From: Nitrosospira multiformis ATCC 25196
GTDB lineage: Bacteria > Pseudomonadota > Gammaproteobacteria > Burkholderiales > Nitrosomonadaceae
Assembly: GCF_000196355.1 (NCBI RefSeq)
Contig: NC_007614.1
Coordinates: 270,001-302,000, forward strand
DNA: 32,000 bases
Direction: 5' to 3'
The position numbers were made by a program, and so were the translations under genes. How positions within the stretch are numbered: the stretch's first letter is position 1; every line of letters begins with the position of its first letter. The notes below the pieces were generated by a model. The model worked only from the letters and a program-made list of their open reading frames with translations, was not told the DNA's origin and did not search any database. Positions 19,649-28,880 of the stretch are shown here, piece by piece.

Positions 19649-20752
19649 ATGATGCAGATACAGCCAGGACAGGAATTTCCATTGCGGGAGGCGCACAACC
19701 TGGTCCGCGATCTCATGACGCCCAATCCCTGGATCTACTGGTTGGATTTTCTCTTCCATATCTCGCTTGGCTGGACAGCCTTCCTGATCATCCTGTCCAT
19801 GCCGCTCTTTTCATTCTGGCAGTTGTTGGCCATGCTCGTTGCCACGTTTGCCTTTTATCGCGCCGCTATCTTTGTACATGAGCTGGCCCACCTCCGAAAG
19901 GGGACCTTCGGGTTTTTTCGCATTATCTGGAATGTGACGTGTGGGATACCTTTGCTGGTTCCTTCCTTTACCTATGACGGGGTGCACAACGATCACCACA
20001 GGAGGGATGTGTACGGCACTGCCGGAGATGGCGAATATATCCCTTTTGCCACCTTGAAACCGATGGTCATGGTGGGGTATGTACTGCTGTCCTTCATCCT
20101 GCCGCTTTTCTTCATCGTTCGTTTCCTGCTTCTCACACCGTTGTCGTATTTCATTCCGCCGCTGCGCCGGATTCTATGGGAGCGCGCCTCCTCGCTCACC
20201 ATAGACATGAACTATAAGCGCGCACCGAATGCGATCCGCAACGACAGGCATTGGAGAATCCAGGAGTTTGGCGCTTTTTTATTCATCACCGCGGTGGTTA
20301 CCTGTATTGCACTGGGTATTCTGACCCCTTGGTTCCTGGTCTTCTGGTACGTCATCGCGATGTTCATCTTTTTTATAAACTCCTTGCGTACATTGAGCGC
20401 ACACGCGTACCGGAATCCCGGAGACGGTCCGATGGGATTTGCCGAACAATATCTCGATTCCATCAATGTGCCAGGGAACTTCCTCACTGGCCTGTGGGCC
20501 CCGGTGGGTTTGCGCTATCACGCAACACACCATCTCTTCATGAGCATGCCCTATCATAATCTGGCTGAAGCTCAGCGGCGTCTCGTAAACGGGTTGAGCG
20601 ATAATACTCTTTATCTGACCACCGTTCGGGCAGGCATGTGGGATGCATTACGGCGGATATGGGAGGAAGCCGTCGCGAATACGCGGCGGAACGCGGCGTC
20701 GGCAACCGTGGTTGAGCTGGACGATAGTGTAGGACGGCATAGAAACGCTTAA
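19649..20752 (+). CDS. Membrane fatty acid desaturase/hydroxylase family protein
   Basis: Histidine boxes HELAH, HNDHH, HATHH with multiple hydrophobic helices. The start is uncertain (19580, 19649 or 19652). Confidence 0.85.
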   Translation: MMQIQPGQEFPLREAHNLVRDLMTPNPWIYWLDFLFHISLGWTAFLIILSMPLFSFWQLLAMLVATFAFYRAAIFVHELAHLRKGTFGFFRIIWNVTCGIPLLVPSFTYDGVHNDHHRRDVYGTAGDGEYIPFATLKPMVMVGYVLLSFILPLFFIVRFLLLTPLSYFIPPLRRILWERASSLTIDMNYKRAPNAIRNDRHWRIQEFGAFLFITAVVTCIALGILTPWFLVFWYVIAMFIFFINSLRTLSAHAYRNPGDGPMGFAEQYLDSINVPGNFLTGLWAPVGLRYHATHHLFMSMPYHNLAEAQRRLVNGLSDNTLYLTTVRAGMWDALRRIWEEAVANTRRNAASATVVELDDSVGRHRNA

Positions 20753-20757
20753 AAACA

Positions 20758-21105
20758 TCATTTGTTGCAAGCGCCGCTTATCCGGTTCATCAAGCACTCT
20801 TTTTGGTTGCGAATCTCCACGGCCTCCAGGTTGGGTGCGGAAACGTGTTCCAAAGCAGTCCGGTGCAGTGAACTTTGCTCCTGATTGAGCCGAGGCAGGT
20901 CGGGCTGAGGGCATCCGCCTCGCCCGGCTTCCATATATGTGAGCAAGGGTGTGATCGTTTCTTTGGCTTGCGTGATTCTGTAAGCATCAAGAGGTTCAAG
21001 AGGTTTCGCGCTGTAAGCCGGGTAGAGGGGCAGGGCAGGTTGAAAGCGTGTTGGGGCAAGCACAAATCCTGTTTGCAGCCAGCCTTTTCCTTTTTCCTTT
21101 GTCAT
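20758..21105 (-). CDS. Possible small hypothetical protein
   Basis: 115-aa ORF in an otherwise unoccupied region. No recognised domain and weak start context. Confidence 0.2.
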   Translation of the reverse strand: MTKEKGKGWLQTGFVLAPTRFQPALPLYPAYSAKPLEPLDAYRITQAKETITPLLTYMEAGRGGCPQPDLPRLNQEQSSLHRTALEHVSAPNLEAVEIRNQKECLMNRISGACNK

Positions 21106-21253
21106 TTCTCGCTATGATATGCTGCCGTGAACAGTCCGGGAACTGACCTTCAGTACAATGGTATTCGAGGTGGTATGGCTGGATGATATTGGATGGAAAC
21201 GATCTGGTTTTGTGCCGTTATAACGTCTATAAGTATAAAGCGGGAGGTGACTG

Positions 21254-22534
21254 ATGAGTGTGGTGGCAGTGGTTGGGCTAGGCTATGTGGGATTACCTTT
21301 GGCGGTGGAGTTCGGAAAAAAAAGGAAAACCATCGGCTACGATCTTTCGAGCAGCAAGATAGCAAGTTACAAGCAATTTATCGATCCGACCGGCGAGGTT
21401 TCCTCCGATGACCTGAAAGCCGCGAAGCAGCTTCATGTCACTACTGACCCGGCTGAGTTGTCACAGGCGGATTATATTGTCGTGGCCGTTCCAACACCCG
21501 TGGACGCAGCCCATCAGCCCGATTTTCGTCCTCTCATAGGTGCGAGCGAAACCGTGGGAAAACATATGAAGCGGGGAGCAATCGTTATTTACGAATCCAC
21601 CGTTTACCCGGGAGCAACCGAGGAAGTCTGTATTCCTGTCCTTGAGAAACATTCCGGCATGAAATGGAAAGACGATTTTCATGTCGGCTTCTCGCCCGAA
21701 CGGATTAACCCCGGCGACAAGCAGCATACGCTCACAAAGATTCTGAAGGTTGTCTCTGGAGACGATGAGGATACGCTGGAAAAAATTGCAGCACTTTATG
21801 AGAGCATAATTACCGCCGGCGTGCACCGTGCGTCCAGCATCAAGGTAGCGGAAGCAGCCAAAGTAATCGAAAATACTCAGCGAGACCTGAATATCGCGTT
21901 GATGAATGAACTGGCGATTATTTTCGACAAACTGGACATTGACACGCTGGAAGTGCTGCAGGCGGCTGGCACCAAATGGAATTTTTTACCCTTTCGCCCG
22001 GGCCTGGTCGGAGGCCATTGTATCGGCGTCGATCCCTACTATCTTACTCACAAGGCGGAAATGGTCGGTTATATTCCCCAGGTTATCCTCGCGGGACGCC
22101 GTATCAATGACAGTATGGCCAAATTCGTGGCGGAACAAACGATCAAACATATCATCAAGGCCGATATCAACGTTCGGAGTGCGCGTGTAAATGTTCTCGG
22201 CCTGGCCTTCAAGGAAAACTGTCCTGATCTCAGGAATTCCAAGGTTGCCGATCTGATCAGTGAACTTAAAAGCTATGGGATAGAGATTCACGTCCACGAT
22301 CCTGTAGCCAGTATTGAAGAAGCCCGCCACGAATACGGTGTGGAACTTGAATCATGGGAGGACCTTCCACGCGCGGATGCAATGATTGTTGCCGTTGCCC
22401 ACCGCCAGTTCACTGAAATGCCCTTGACCCAGTTTCAGACCAAAATCACGGACAAAGGGTGTTTCATCGATGTGAAATCCCAGTTCGATCCTGCCGCGCT
22501 GCGAGAGGCTGGCTTAAACGTGTGGAGACTGTGA
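21254..22534 (+). CDS. tviB: TviB-type UDP-N-acetylglucosamine C6-dehydrogenase (nucleotide-sugar dehydrogenase)
   Basis: [26 protein letters not shown]; [19 protein letters not shown]; [11 protein letters not shown]; [20 protein letters not shown]; [17 protein letters not shown]. Strong RBS gggaggtga. Confidence 0.94.
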   Translation: MSVVAVVGLGYVGLPLAVEFGKKRKTIGYDLSSSKIASYKQFIDPTGEVSSDDLKAAKQLHVTTDPAELSQADYIVVAVPTPVDAAHQPDFRPLIGASETVGKHMKRGAIVIYESTVYPGATEEVCIPVLEKHSGMKWKDDFHVGFSPERINPGDKQHTLTKILKVVSGDDEDTLEKIAALYESIITAGVHRASSIKVAEAAKVIENTQRDLNIALMNELAIIFDKLDIDTLEVLQAAGTKWNFLPFRPGLVGGHCIGVDPYYLTHKAEMVGYIPQVILAGRRINDSMAKFVAEQTIKHIIKADINVRSARVNVLGLAFKENCPDLRNSKVADLISELKSYGIEIHVHDPVASIEEARHEYGVELESWEDLPRADAMIVAVAHRQFTEMPLTQFQTKITDKGCFIDVKSQFDPAALREAGLNVWRL

Positions 22535-23604
22535 AGGATAGTACGCCTGGTATGGCTGCTTACCCAAAATGGCTGCGGCATTTGCAGGACCATTCCTACT
22601 GCTGGCTGGTCACGGGGGTTGCGGGCTTCATCGGATCCAATCTGCTGGAGGCCTTGCTCAAGCATAATCAGAAAGTAGTCGGATTGGATAATTTTTCCAC
22701 CGGCTATTTGCGAAACCTCGAGCAGATACGGGACTTGGTCGGGGAGAAGGCTTGGGGTAATTTCAGCTTTATAGAGGGTGATATCTGTCAACTGGAAACT
22801 TGCACGAACGCATGCCAAGGTGTGGATTTCGTTTTGCACCAGGCCGCGCTGGGTTCCGTGCCGCGTTCCATTCAAGATCCCATCCGAACCAACGAAGCCA
22901 ATATTTCCGGATTTCTCAACATGCTGGTGGCGTCAAGGGATGCGCAAGTGAGGCGCTTCATCTACGCTGCCTCCAGTTCCACCTACGGCGACCACCCGGA
23001 TTTGCCAAAAGTGGAAGCGGTAATTGGACGTCCTCTTTCGCCCTATGCTGTCACCAAATATGTGAACGAACTCTACGCCGAAGTGTTCGCGCGTTGCTAT
23101 GGACTGGACTCCATTGGGCTGCGCTATTTCAACGTATTCGGTCCAAGGCAGGATCCCAATGGTGCTTATGCCGCAGTTATTCCCCAATGGGTTTCGGCAC
23201 TGATCAGAAACCAGACGCTGTATATCAATGGGGATGGGGAAACCAGCCGGGATTTCTGTTATATCGACAACGTAGTGCAAGCCAATCTTCTCGCGGCTCT
23301 CAGTGATAACACCGGAGCAGTGAACCAGATTTACAATGTGGCAGTAAATGAACGCACCAGTCTGAATCAACTGTATGGCATGATGCGCGAGCTGTTACTG
23401 GAGAAGTTTCCGGAGCTGGAGAATCATCGGCCCACGTACGTCGATTTTCGCAAGGGCGATGTGCGGCATTCACAGGCGGATATTACGAAAGCCACCCAAT
23501 TACTTGGTTTTGAACCCTCCCACCGCATCGGGGAAGGACTGAGGCAGGCAATGGGCTGGTACATCGCGCATTTGGGGGCTATGCAGGAGGCGGCTGGCGT
23601 CTAA
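22531..23604 (+). CDS. tviC: TviC/WbpP-type UDP-N-acetylglucosamine (UDP-GlcNAcA) 4-epimerase
   Basis: [39 protein letters not shown]; [13 protein letters not shown]; [18 protein letters not shown]; [30 protein letters not shown]. Start is GTG 22531 (overlapping the tviB TGA) or ATG 22552; the listed 22459 lies inside tviB. Confidence 0.93.
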   Translation: MKDSTPGMAAYPKWLRHLQDHSYCWLVTGVAGFIGSNLLEALLKHNQKVVGLDNFSTGYLRNLEQIRDLVGEKAWGNFSFIEGDICQLETCTNACQGVDFVLHQAALGSVPRSIQDPIRTNEANISGFLNMLVASRDAQVRRFIYAASSSTYGDHPDLPKVEAVIGRPLSPYAVTKYVNELYAEVFARCYGLDSIGLRYFNVFGPRQDPNGAYAAVIPQWVSALIRNQTLYINGDGETSRDFCYIDNVVQANLLAALSDNTGAVNQIYNVAVNERTSLNQLYGMMRELLLEKFPELENHRPTYVDFRKGDVRHSQADITKATQLLGFEPSHRIGEGLRQAMGWYIAHLGAMQEAAGV

Positions 23605-23648
23605 ACGTTCGTCGGAACTTCGATTCGCGCTAATCCCCGCTTTCCGCG

Positions 23649-24263
23649 CTATTCATCCCATTTTCCCGCTTGTTTCAATTGATTCTTCAAGCCCGGTAAC
23701 GGAAATCCGAGTTCATACGCTTTCTTCGCATATGTTTTCGCCTGCTCGTAATTTTTCTGTTTCAAGTAGAGCAGGCCAAGATTGTAATTGATAGTAGGAT
23801 TTTCCGGTTCAAGGTCAATGGCTATTCCCAGTTCCTCAGTCGCCTTGTCAGTTTGTCCAGCTTTCAGCAGATAATCGCCGTATACCATTCTTACTACCGC
23901 ATCGTTTGGTTTGAATCGAATGGCGCGATCAAAAAAACATCCAACGGAATATTTTGCGCCAGCTGGTTTTAGAGTCTTGTCTCTCAATGAGAGCTTACTG
24001 AATGCGGCGAGAGCGCGATGATGGTTGGGGAACAACATAAGGGTATAACTTAAGTCCCCTCCGAGAGTTCCGGTATTTCCATGGCGCAAGCTTTCTATGT
24101 TTGAAGTAAAGTGATGTTGCTCAACAGTTCCCAAGAGTTGCTTATCCCCGCCTATATAGTCATGGACATTTATCAATTCTCCACAATAGGCAGAAGAGGT
24201 TGCATGAAGATCTGGCGCGATCAATGAAATAACCAATATCGCAATTCCGGGTATGACTTTCAT
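23649..24263 (-). CDS. Secreted/periplasmic tetratricopeptide repeat protein
   Basis: Signal-like MKVIPGIAILVISLIAPDLHA; TPR-like KATEELGIAIDLEPENPTINYNLGLLYLKQKNYEQAKTYAKKAYELG. RBS aagga supports start at 24263. Confidence 0.8.
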   Translation of the reverse strand: MKVIPGIAILVISLIAPDLHATSSAYCGELINVHDYIGGDKQLLGTVEQHHFTSNIESLRHGNTGTLGGDLSYTLMLFPNHHRALAAFSKLSLRDKTLKPAGAKYSVGCFFDRAIRFKPNDAVVRMVYGDYLLKAGQTDKATEELGIAIDLEPENPTINYNLGLLYLKQKNYEQAKTYAKKAYELGFPLPGLKNQLKQAGKWDE

Positions 24264-24504
24264 TAGCGTTCCTTGCAATCAAGCTTACCTTGCTCTGTCG
24301 ACTCTCTACCTCTGTCCAGCCTGTCTTGAGGGAAGGGAGATTCCCTTAATCCCCGGTTCGATTCGAACTTGAGGCCTCTTAAAACGATTTTAAATATTCT
24401 CGAGATAGAAGGAAGTGGTTGTCAAGTTCAACCAAGACACGAGGATTTTTTGAAAGTGGTTTTCTCCGAAATCGGTTGGCCGAAATGCCAATTCAAAGCG
24501 GTTT

Positions 24505-25383
24505 TTACCAGGAGTAAAGCCATTCTTTTGTCCAGCGCGCGATCTGATCGCGCCACTCCCGCCGGGAAAAGGTATGGTTGGCTTCTGGCAGGCTGAAGCG
24601 CGAAAAGTGTGGAGAAGCCAGCAGTTTTTTCCATTTTTGTGAACCTTTGACCAGCTCGGAAAACTCCTGAGCAGTCAGGTCATTGCCGCAGAGTATCAGG
24701 AGCACTCTTCCCTGGAAACGCTCAAGCCCTTGAAACATCCGTTCCGGCAAGGGAGCCGCTTCGCAACCGCTTTTGCAGTTATTCTTTGCAGCGGGAGGTG
24801 CAATTTCCCCTCTTTCGGCTACGACTGTACCAATAGTGCCGAAAAGTGATCTTGCAGACGCGGCATAGTTGAAATTTCCGCTCCATATTTTGCCCCAGAG
24901 TTCACGATCAAAAATGCGCGAAATGTAATAGTGCTTCAAATACGCTCTGGCAGAGCCTTCCTCCGTTCTTACCCATGGATTCAGCAGGACCAGTCCGGTC
25001 ACGCGCGGGTCCTGATAAGCATAAAACAATGCAGCCGATGCTGCATCGCATAGTCCCAGAATAACCAGTTCGTTCAGGGAAGGGATTTCTGCGAAGAGAC
25101 GATCTATTCCAGAGCGGACATCATCTTTCACGTTTTCAAAAGTCCTCGCGTCTCCCTCACTATCACCCATGCCGCGGAAATCAAAACGGAAGACCGGTAT
25201 GCCATTCGCCGCCAAGTGGCGGGCAAGGAGGGTAAACTGGCGATGGCTTCCTGCGCGATATTGAGGTCCTCCAACGAGAATAAGAATACCCCTTGAAGCA
25301 GCCTGTTCAGGCAAGGTTAAAATACCGTAAAGGCAATCGCTCCCACAGCAAAAAACGATGGGACGCTCCTCATAATTCATCAT
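24505..25383 (-). CDS. Alpha/beta hydrolase, exosortase A system-associated (hydrolase 1 type)
   Basis: MMNYEERPIVFCCGSDCLYGILTLPEQAASRGILILVGGPQYRAGSHRQFTLLARHLAANGIPVFRFDFRGMGDSEGDARTFE is characteristic of this family. Start overlaps the stop of the upstream gene. Confidence 0.92.
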   Translation of the reverse strand: MMNYEERPIVFCCGSDCLYGILTLPEQAASRGILILVGGPQYRAGSHRQFTLLARHLAANGIPVFRFDFRGMGDSEGDARTFENVKDDVRSGIDRLFAEIPSLNELVILGLCDAASAALFYAYQDPRVTGLVLLNPWVRTEEGSARAYLKHYYISRIFDRELWGKIWSGNFNYAASARSLFGTIGTVVAERGEIAPPAAKNNCKSGCEAAPLPERMFQGLERFQGRVLLILCGNDLTAQEFSELVKGSQKWKKLLASPHFSRFSLPEANHTFSRREWRDQIARWTKEWLYSW

Positions 25384-26231
25384 GCGGCCAGTGCAAAAAC
25401 GCTCGTCGTTGCCGATATCAGTTCGGCACATTCCGAGATTTCCTGGGTCGCCCAGAACGGCTGGCACGGTATGAGATGGACGTGGAGGTCGACACCCTTC
25501 TGCTTCCACTTCTCGGTTATCTTTGCCCCGGCAGAAGTCATGGAACGCCCCGGCTCAGGGATGATCTCGAACCAGTGGACGGCGCTTTTTCCAACGGCCA
25601 ATTCAGCCGCCTTCAAGCCATCGATTGCATTTGCGAGTCCGGGTGCAAGCTCGTATCCCGCTATTTCCAGTGTTTCACCCTCTTCCATTTGCTTGCGCAA
25701 CATAGCCGTTCCTGTCGATTTTTCCTCGGAGACGGTGGAGAATAGTTCACCTGCCATTCGCAATCGCAAGAACTGACTCAGGAAGGTTTCTCCGCTGATA
25801 ACGGGTTGCCATAAAATGATGCGGTCAACGGCATTTGCTGCATCTTGTGCGAAGTCCAGGGCCAGCAGCGCGCCCAGGCGTAATCCCCACAAACTTACCG
25901 GAACGGCAAGGCGGCTCTCAAGCCAGAGTCGGGCGCGGGCCAGATCCTGCTTCCAGATGTCCCACCGGGCATCGCGAAACTCGCCACTGCTATCGCCACA
26001 CCCAAAAAGATCCATTTGCAGCACTCCCCATCCAATCGCGGCGAAAGCTCTTGCCTGGACCGCGGCCATCCGCCGCGCTTTGTTCATTTCGTCGCCGAAG
26101 GGGTGTACATACAGAATGGTCCCCTGGCATTTCCTGCCTGGATGCGGCTGATGAAAAAGGCAGAAACGCTGTCCCAACTCGGTTTGCAAAAAGAAAGGCT
26201 CTGCATGAATCGAGCCGGGATCCATTTTCAT
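25380..26231 (-). CDS. Hydrolase 2, exosortase A system-associated
   Basis: AEPFFLQTELGQRFCLFHQP...GTILYVHPFGDEMNKARRMAAVQARAFAAIGWGVLQMDLFGCGDSSGEF. Confidence 0.92.
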   Translation of the reverse strand: MKMDPGSIHAEPFFLQTELGQRFCLFHQPHPGRKCQGTILYVHPFGDEMNKARRMAAVQARAFAAIGWGVLQMDLFGCGDSSGEFRDARWDIWKQDLARARLWLESRLAVPVSLWGLRLGALLALDFAQDAANAVDRIILWQPVISGETFLSQFLRLRMAGELFSTVSEEKSTGTAMLRKQMEEGETLEIAGYELAPGLANAIDGLKAAELAVGKSAVHWFEIIPEPGRSMTSAGAKITEKWKQKGVDLHVHLIPCQPFWATQEISECAELISATTSVFALAA

Positions 26232-26479
26232 TCCGCCAGCTTCTGCTCGACGAATTGGGTCAGGCTGCCGACAGTTTCGAAAGTTTTTGCACTGATCTCA
26301 TCATCGTCAACCGTGATGTCGAAGTGGTCCTCGAGAGCGGTGATTACATTGACGACAGCCATTGAATCCAGTTCGGGAATGGCCCCAAGCAAGGGGGAAT
26401 CCGCATTGAGCGAATTTCTTCTTTCCCCGAGGCTCAATACGTCAGATAGGATGTTTCTCACTTCTTCAATATGCTGCAT
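26228..26479 (-). CDS. Acyl carrier protein (EPS/exosortase-cluster type)
   Basis: 83 aa; LLGAIPELDSMAVVNVITALEDHFDITVDDDEISAKTFETVGSLTQFV with the DSM phosphopantetheine serine. Stop overlaps the hydrolase 2 start. Confidence 0.93.
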   Translation of the reverse strand: MQHIEEVRNILSDVLSLGERRNSLNADSPLLGAIPELDSMAVVNVITALEDHFDITVDDDEISAKTFETVGSLTQFVEQKLAE

Positions 26480-26712
26480 ATTTACTCCGCGCTGTTTATT
26501 TTTGAGGAGACGTCATTGCTGCAATCCCTGAGTATCAAGATGAAGTTTTCAAAATGAACCGGAGGTGCGAAGGCAAATGAAAATAGGATAAGGGCTGCGA
26601 GACGGCGCACTTCATCTTTCCGAAGATGACAACCCGCGGTGGTAGTGCAAGCGTTTATAAAGCGCTGCTCCTTCAGCATAGGCTGGCTGGACAGCGATAC
26701 AAATTCCCTTCC

Positions 26713-26728
26713 TGTCACTGTTTTTGCT
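26713..26728 (+). promoter_or_regulatory. Weak sigma54-like candidate (TGTCAC-N5-TTGCT)
   Basis: One mismatch to the TGGCAC-N5-TTGCW consensus, but it falls in the normally conserved -24 GG. About 155 nt upstream of the PEP-CTERM gene at 26883. Confidence 0.25.
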
Positions 26729-26882
26729 GCTTCCGCCGGTAATTTTGCCGTCCTGGATAAAAATCCGCTAATGGTACTACAAGTCGCGGGACGTTACTTC
26801 CCGAAGGTAAAAATCACTTTACTTTTCAATGGATTTTCTTGTAACCTTCGAACGTCTTGTCTTTTATCAGGGAAACAATAAC

Positions 26883-28358
26883 ATGAAAAAACTGAAGGAA
26901 TTCAGGAAGCTGAAGTCGGGGGAGGATTCAGCGGGCTCGAGCAATGTTCGCCCGGCTGGTCCGATTCTTCCTGTTTTATTCGTCGCCGCTTCTTTCCCGG
27001 TTTGTATGGGACAAGTAAACGCCGAAACCTCGTTCGAACGGTTATCGTCCTTGCTGGCAGGAACGCCGCAAGGCGGGTGGGTCAAGGCGAGCACCAACTT
27101 ATTTTCCGATGCATGGGCAACGGGAGCAGATGCAGCTCCTGGCCCGACGAGCGCGGTTGTTCGTGCATGGAGTTCATTTGCCTGGGATTCCGCTCGCGGA
27201 GATCTGCTGTTATGGGGCGGCGGCCACGGGAATTACGTGGGCAACGAAATGTATGTGTGGGACGGCGCTACGGGGAGTTGGGGCCGAGGTTCCTTAGCCA
27301 GCAGAATAGATTCGAAGGGTTTTATTGTCGACAATGCTGCGCCTCAATCCGCCCATACCTATGACAATAATGTCTATCTTCCGGCAAATGATATGTTCCT
27401 TACATTCGGGGGGGCTGCAGCGCCAGGCGGCGGCGCGTTCCTCCAAACGGATGGAACTAATGTGAGCGTGGCGGGACCTTTTATGTGGGATCCAAGAAAG
27501 GCTGATCCGAACAAGGTGGGGGGTACTACCGGCTCGGGCTGGAATACGACCCATATAGCGCAAGGGGGCAATATGTGGCTCGACCGACACGTATCGACGG
27601 CGACCCATATTGACGGTACAACGGCTTATCGCATGGAAAACGGTAAAGACGTCGTTTATGTCACAGCGGATATGGCAGCCTCGGGTTTTCCTTCGCTTTA
27701 CCGCTATACGGCGGGGGACGTGAGGAGTGGCGGCCAGGATACCTGGGAAAGAGTTGGCCGCTCATGGAACACGGTGGGGTACCAGGGCGCTGGAACAATT
27801 GATACAGACCACAATCTCTACATCCGAACCGCCAGCCCGCGGCCCAGCTATGCGTCCGATCTGACAATATGGGATCTGGACAATGCCAATCCCGATCACA
27901 ACTGGGATATCGGAATAAACCTGGTAAAGGCGGATGGCAGCGACTTTGTGATGACGCCGTATTTCGGTATCGATTATGATTCTGCCAACAACTCGATCGT
28001 GCTTTGGGATGGCCGCGACGGCGGAGGAACAGTCTGGTCAGCCAATGTCCTTACAGATGCCGATGGCAACATTGGTTCCCATACTACCTGGGTGGTTCAT
28101 GAGATAGAAAGCGCTACCGGGGATCATCCTCTCGGCAATCATGAGACGGGAGTTCTTGGCAAATGGAAATATGATCCCACGCTTGGGGCATTCATAGCGC
28201 TCGATGAGGCCGCAAAAACGGCCGATGGCAAGTGGGATGCCGCTGTGTGGTTATACAAACCGGTTGCGGGGCCCGTTCCTGAACCTCAGGCATACGCACT
28301 CTTACTTGCAGGACTCGGACTTATTGGGTGGGCTGTCCGTGGTCGGCGCGCAGGTTGA
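26883..28358 (+). CDS. Kelch/galactose-oxidase-like beta-propeller protein with PEP-CTERM sorting domain
   Basis: WSSFAWDSARGDLLLWGGGHGNYVGNEMYVWDGATGSWGR; repeated blade-like segments (YFGIDYDSANNSIVLWDG); C-terminal VPEPQAYALLLAGLGLIGWAVRGRR (from 28275). RBS aggg-aaacaataac-ATG supports 26883. Confidence 0.82.
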   Translation: MKKLKEFRKLKSGEDSAGSSNVRPAGPILPVLFVAASFPVCMGQVNAETSFERLSSLLAGTPQGGWVKASTNLFSDAWATGADAAPGPTSAVVRAWSSFAWDSARGDLLLWGGGHGNYVGNEMYVWDGATGSWGRGSLASRIDSKGFIVDNAAPQSAHTYDNNVYLPANDMFLTFGGAAAPGGGAFLQTDGTNVSVAGPFMWDPRKADPNKVGGTTGSGWNTTHIAQGGNMWLDRHVSTATHIDGTTAYRMENGKDVVYVTADMAASGFPSLYRYTAGDVRSGGQDTWERVGRSWNTVGYQGAGTIDTDHNLYIRTASPRPSYASDLTIWDLDNANPDHNWDIGINLVKADGSDFVMTPYFGIDYDSANNSIVLWDGRDGGGTVWSANVLTDADGNIGSHTTWVVHEIESATGDHPLGNHETGVLGKWKYDPTLGAFIALDEAAKTADGKWDAAVWLYKPVAGPVPEPQAYALLLAGLGLIGWAVRGRRAG

Positions 28359-28880
28359 CTGCTGGCATGGCGACAAACAACTACGGATAACGAGTTTTCT
28401 CTCCGCACCAGGAACCGCAGTATTTCGAATTCTGGATCCTTCCCCAACTATTCATGGATCATAGGGAAAGAGCATTGGATGGAGCGCTCGCGCCAGCAGT
28501 TCCTGGAAATGATGCCCGTCTTTCATGGGCGACTTCGAGGATTAAAGGGCATGCCATTTTCACTTATCCAGGGAAGAGCAGGAAGCCGGGAAGGCTTACT
28601 GGCAGGGATACTAATAATTAACTGATCTTCGGGCGTTAGCCCCCGAAACGAACGAAGGCATTCCCCGGTTATTGCGCGCCCGGGGAACTCCGGCCCAGGA
28701 ACTTCGTTTTTACTGATTGCCTATGGATGATTGTGGATGATCCGCGTTGATAGCACTTGCAATGGAGTTTCCCACACAATCCTGAGAACCTTCAACCAGC
28801 CAAAGCCTCATAACTCCCCGCCCTTTTTGCACCAGAACCGCCCACCCAGTTAAGGAATTGTCTCTTTCCGTGGATACTCT

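Noticed and set aside
25293-26531. Plus-strand ORFs (25293-25745, 25471-25776, 25835-26365, 26016-26531) over the hydrolase/ACP operon
   Set aside because: Arg/Ser-rich shadow ORFs opposite genes with clear family motifs and overlapping start/stop architecture.
28617-28680. Hairpin-like TTCGGGC-GTTA-GCCCCCGAA downstream of the Kelch-like gene, considered as a terminator or small RNA
   Set aside because: The stem needs a two-base bulge, has no adjacent T-run, and lies more than 250 nt from the stop codon, so it is too weak to call.
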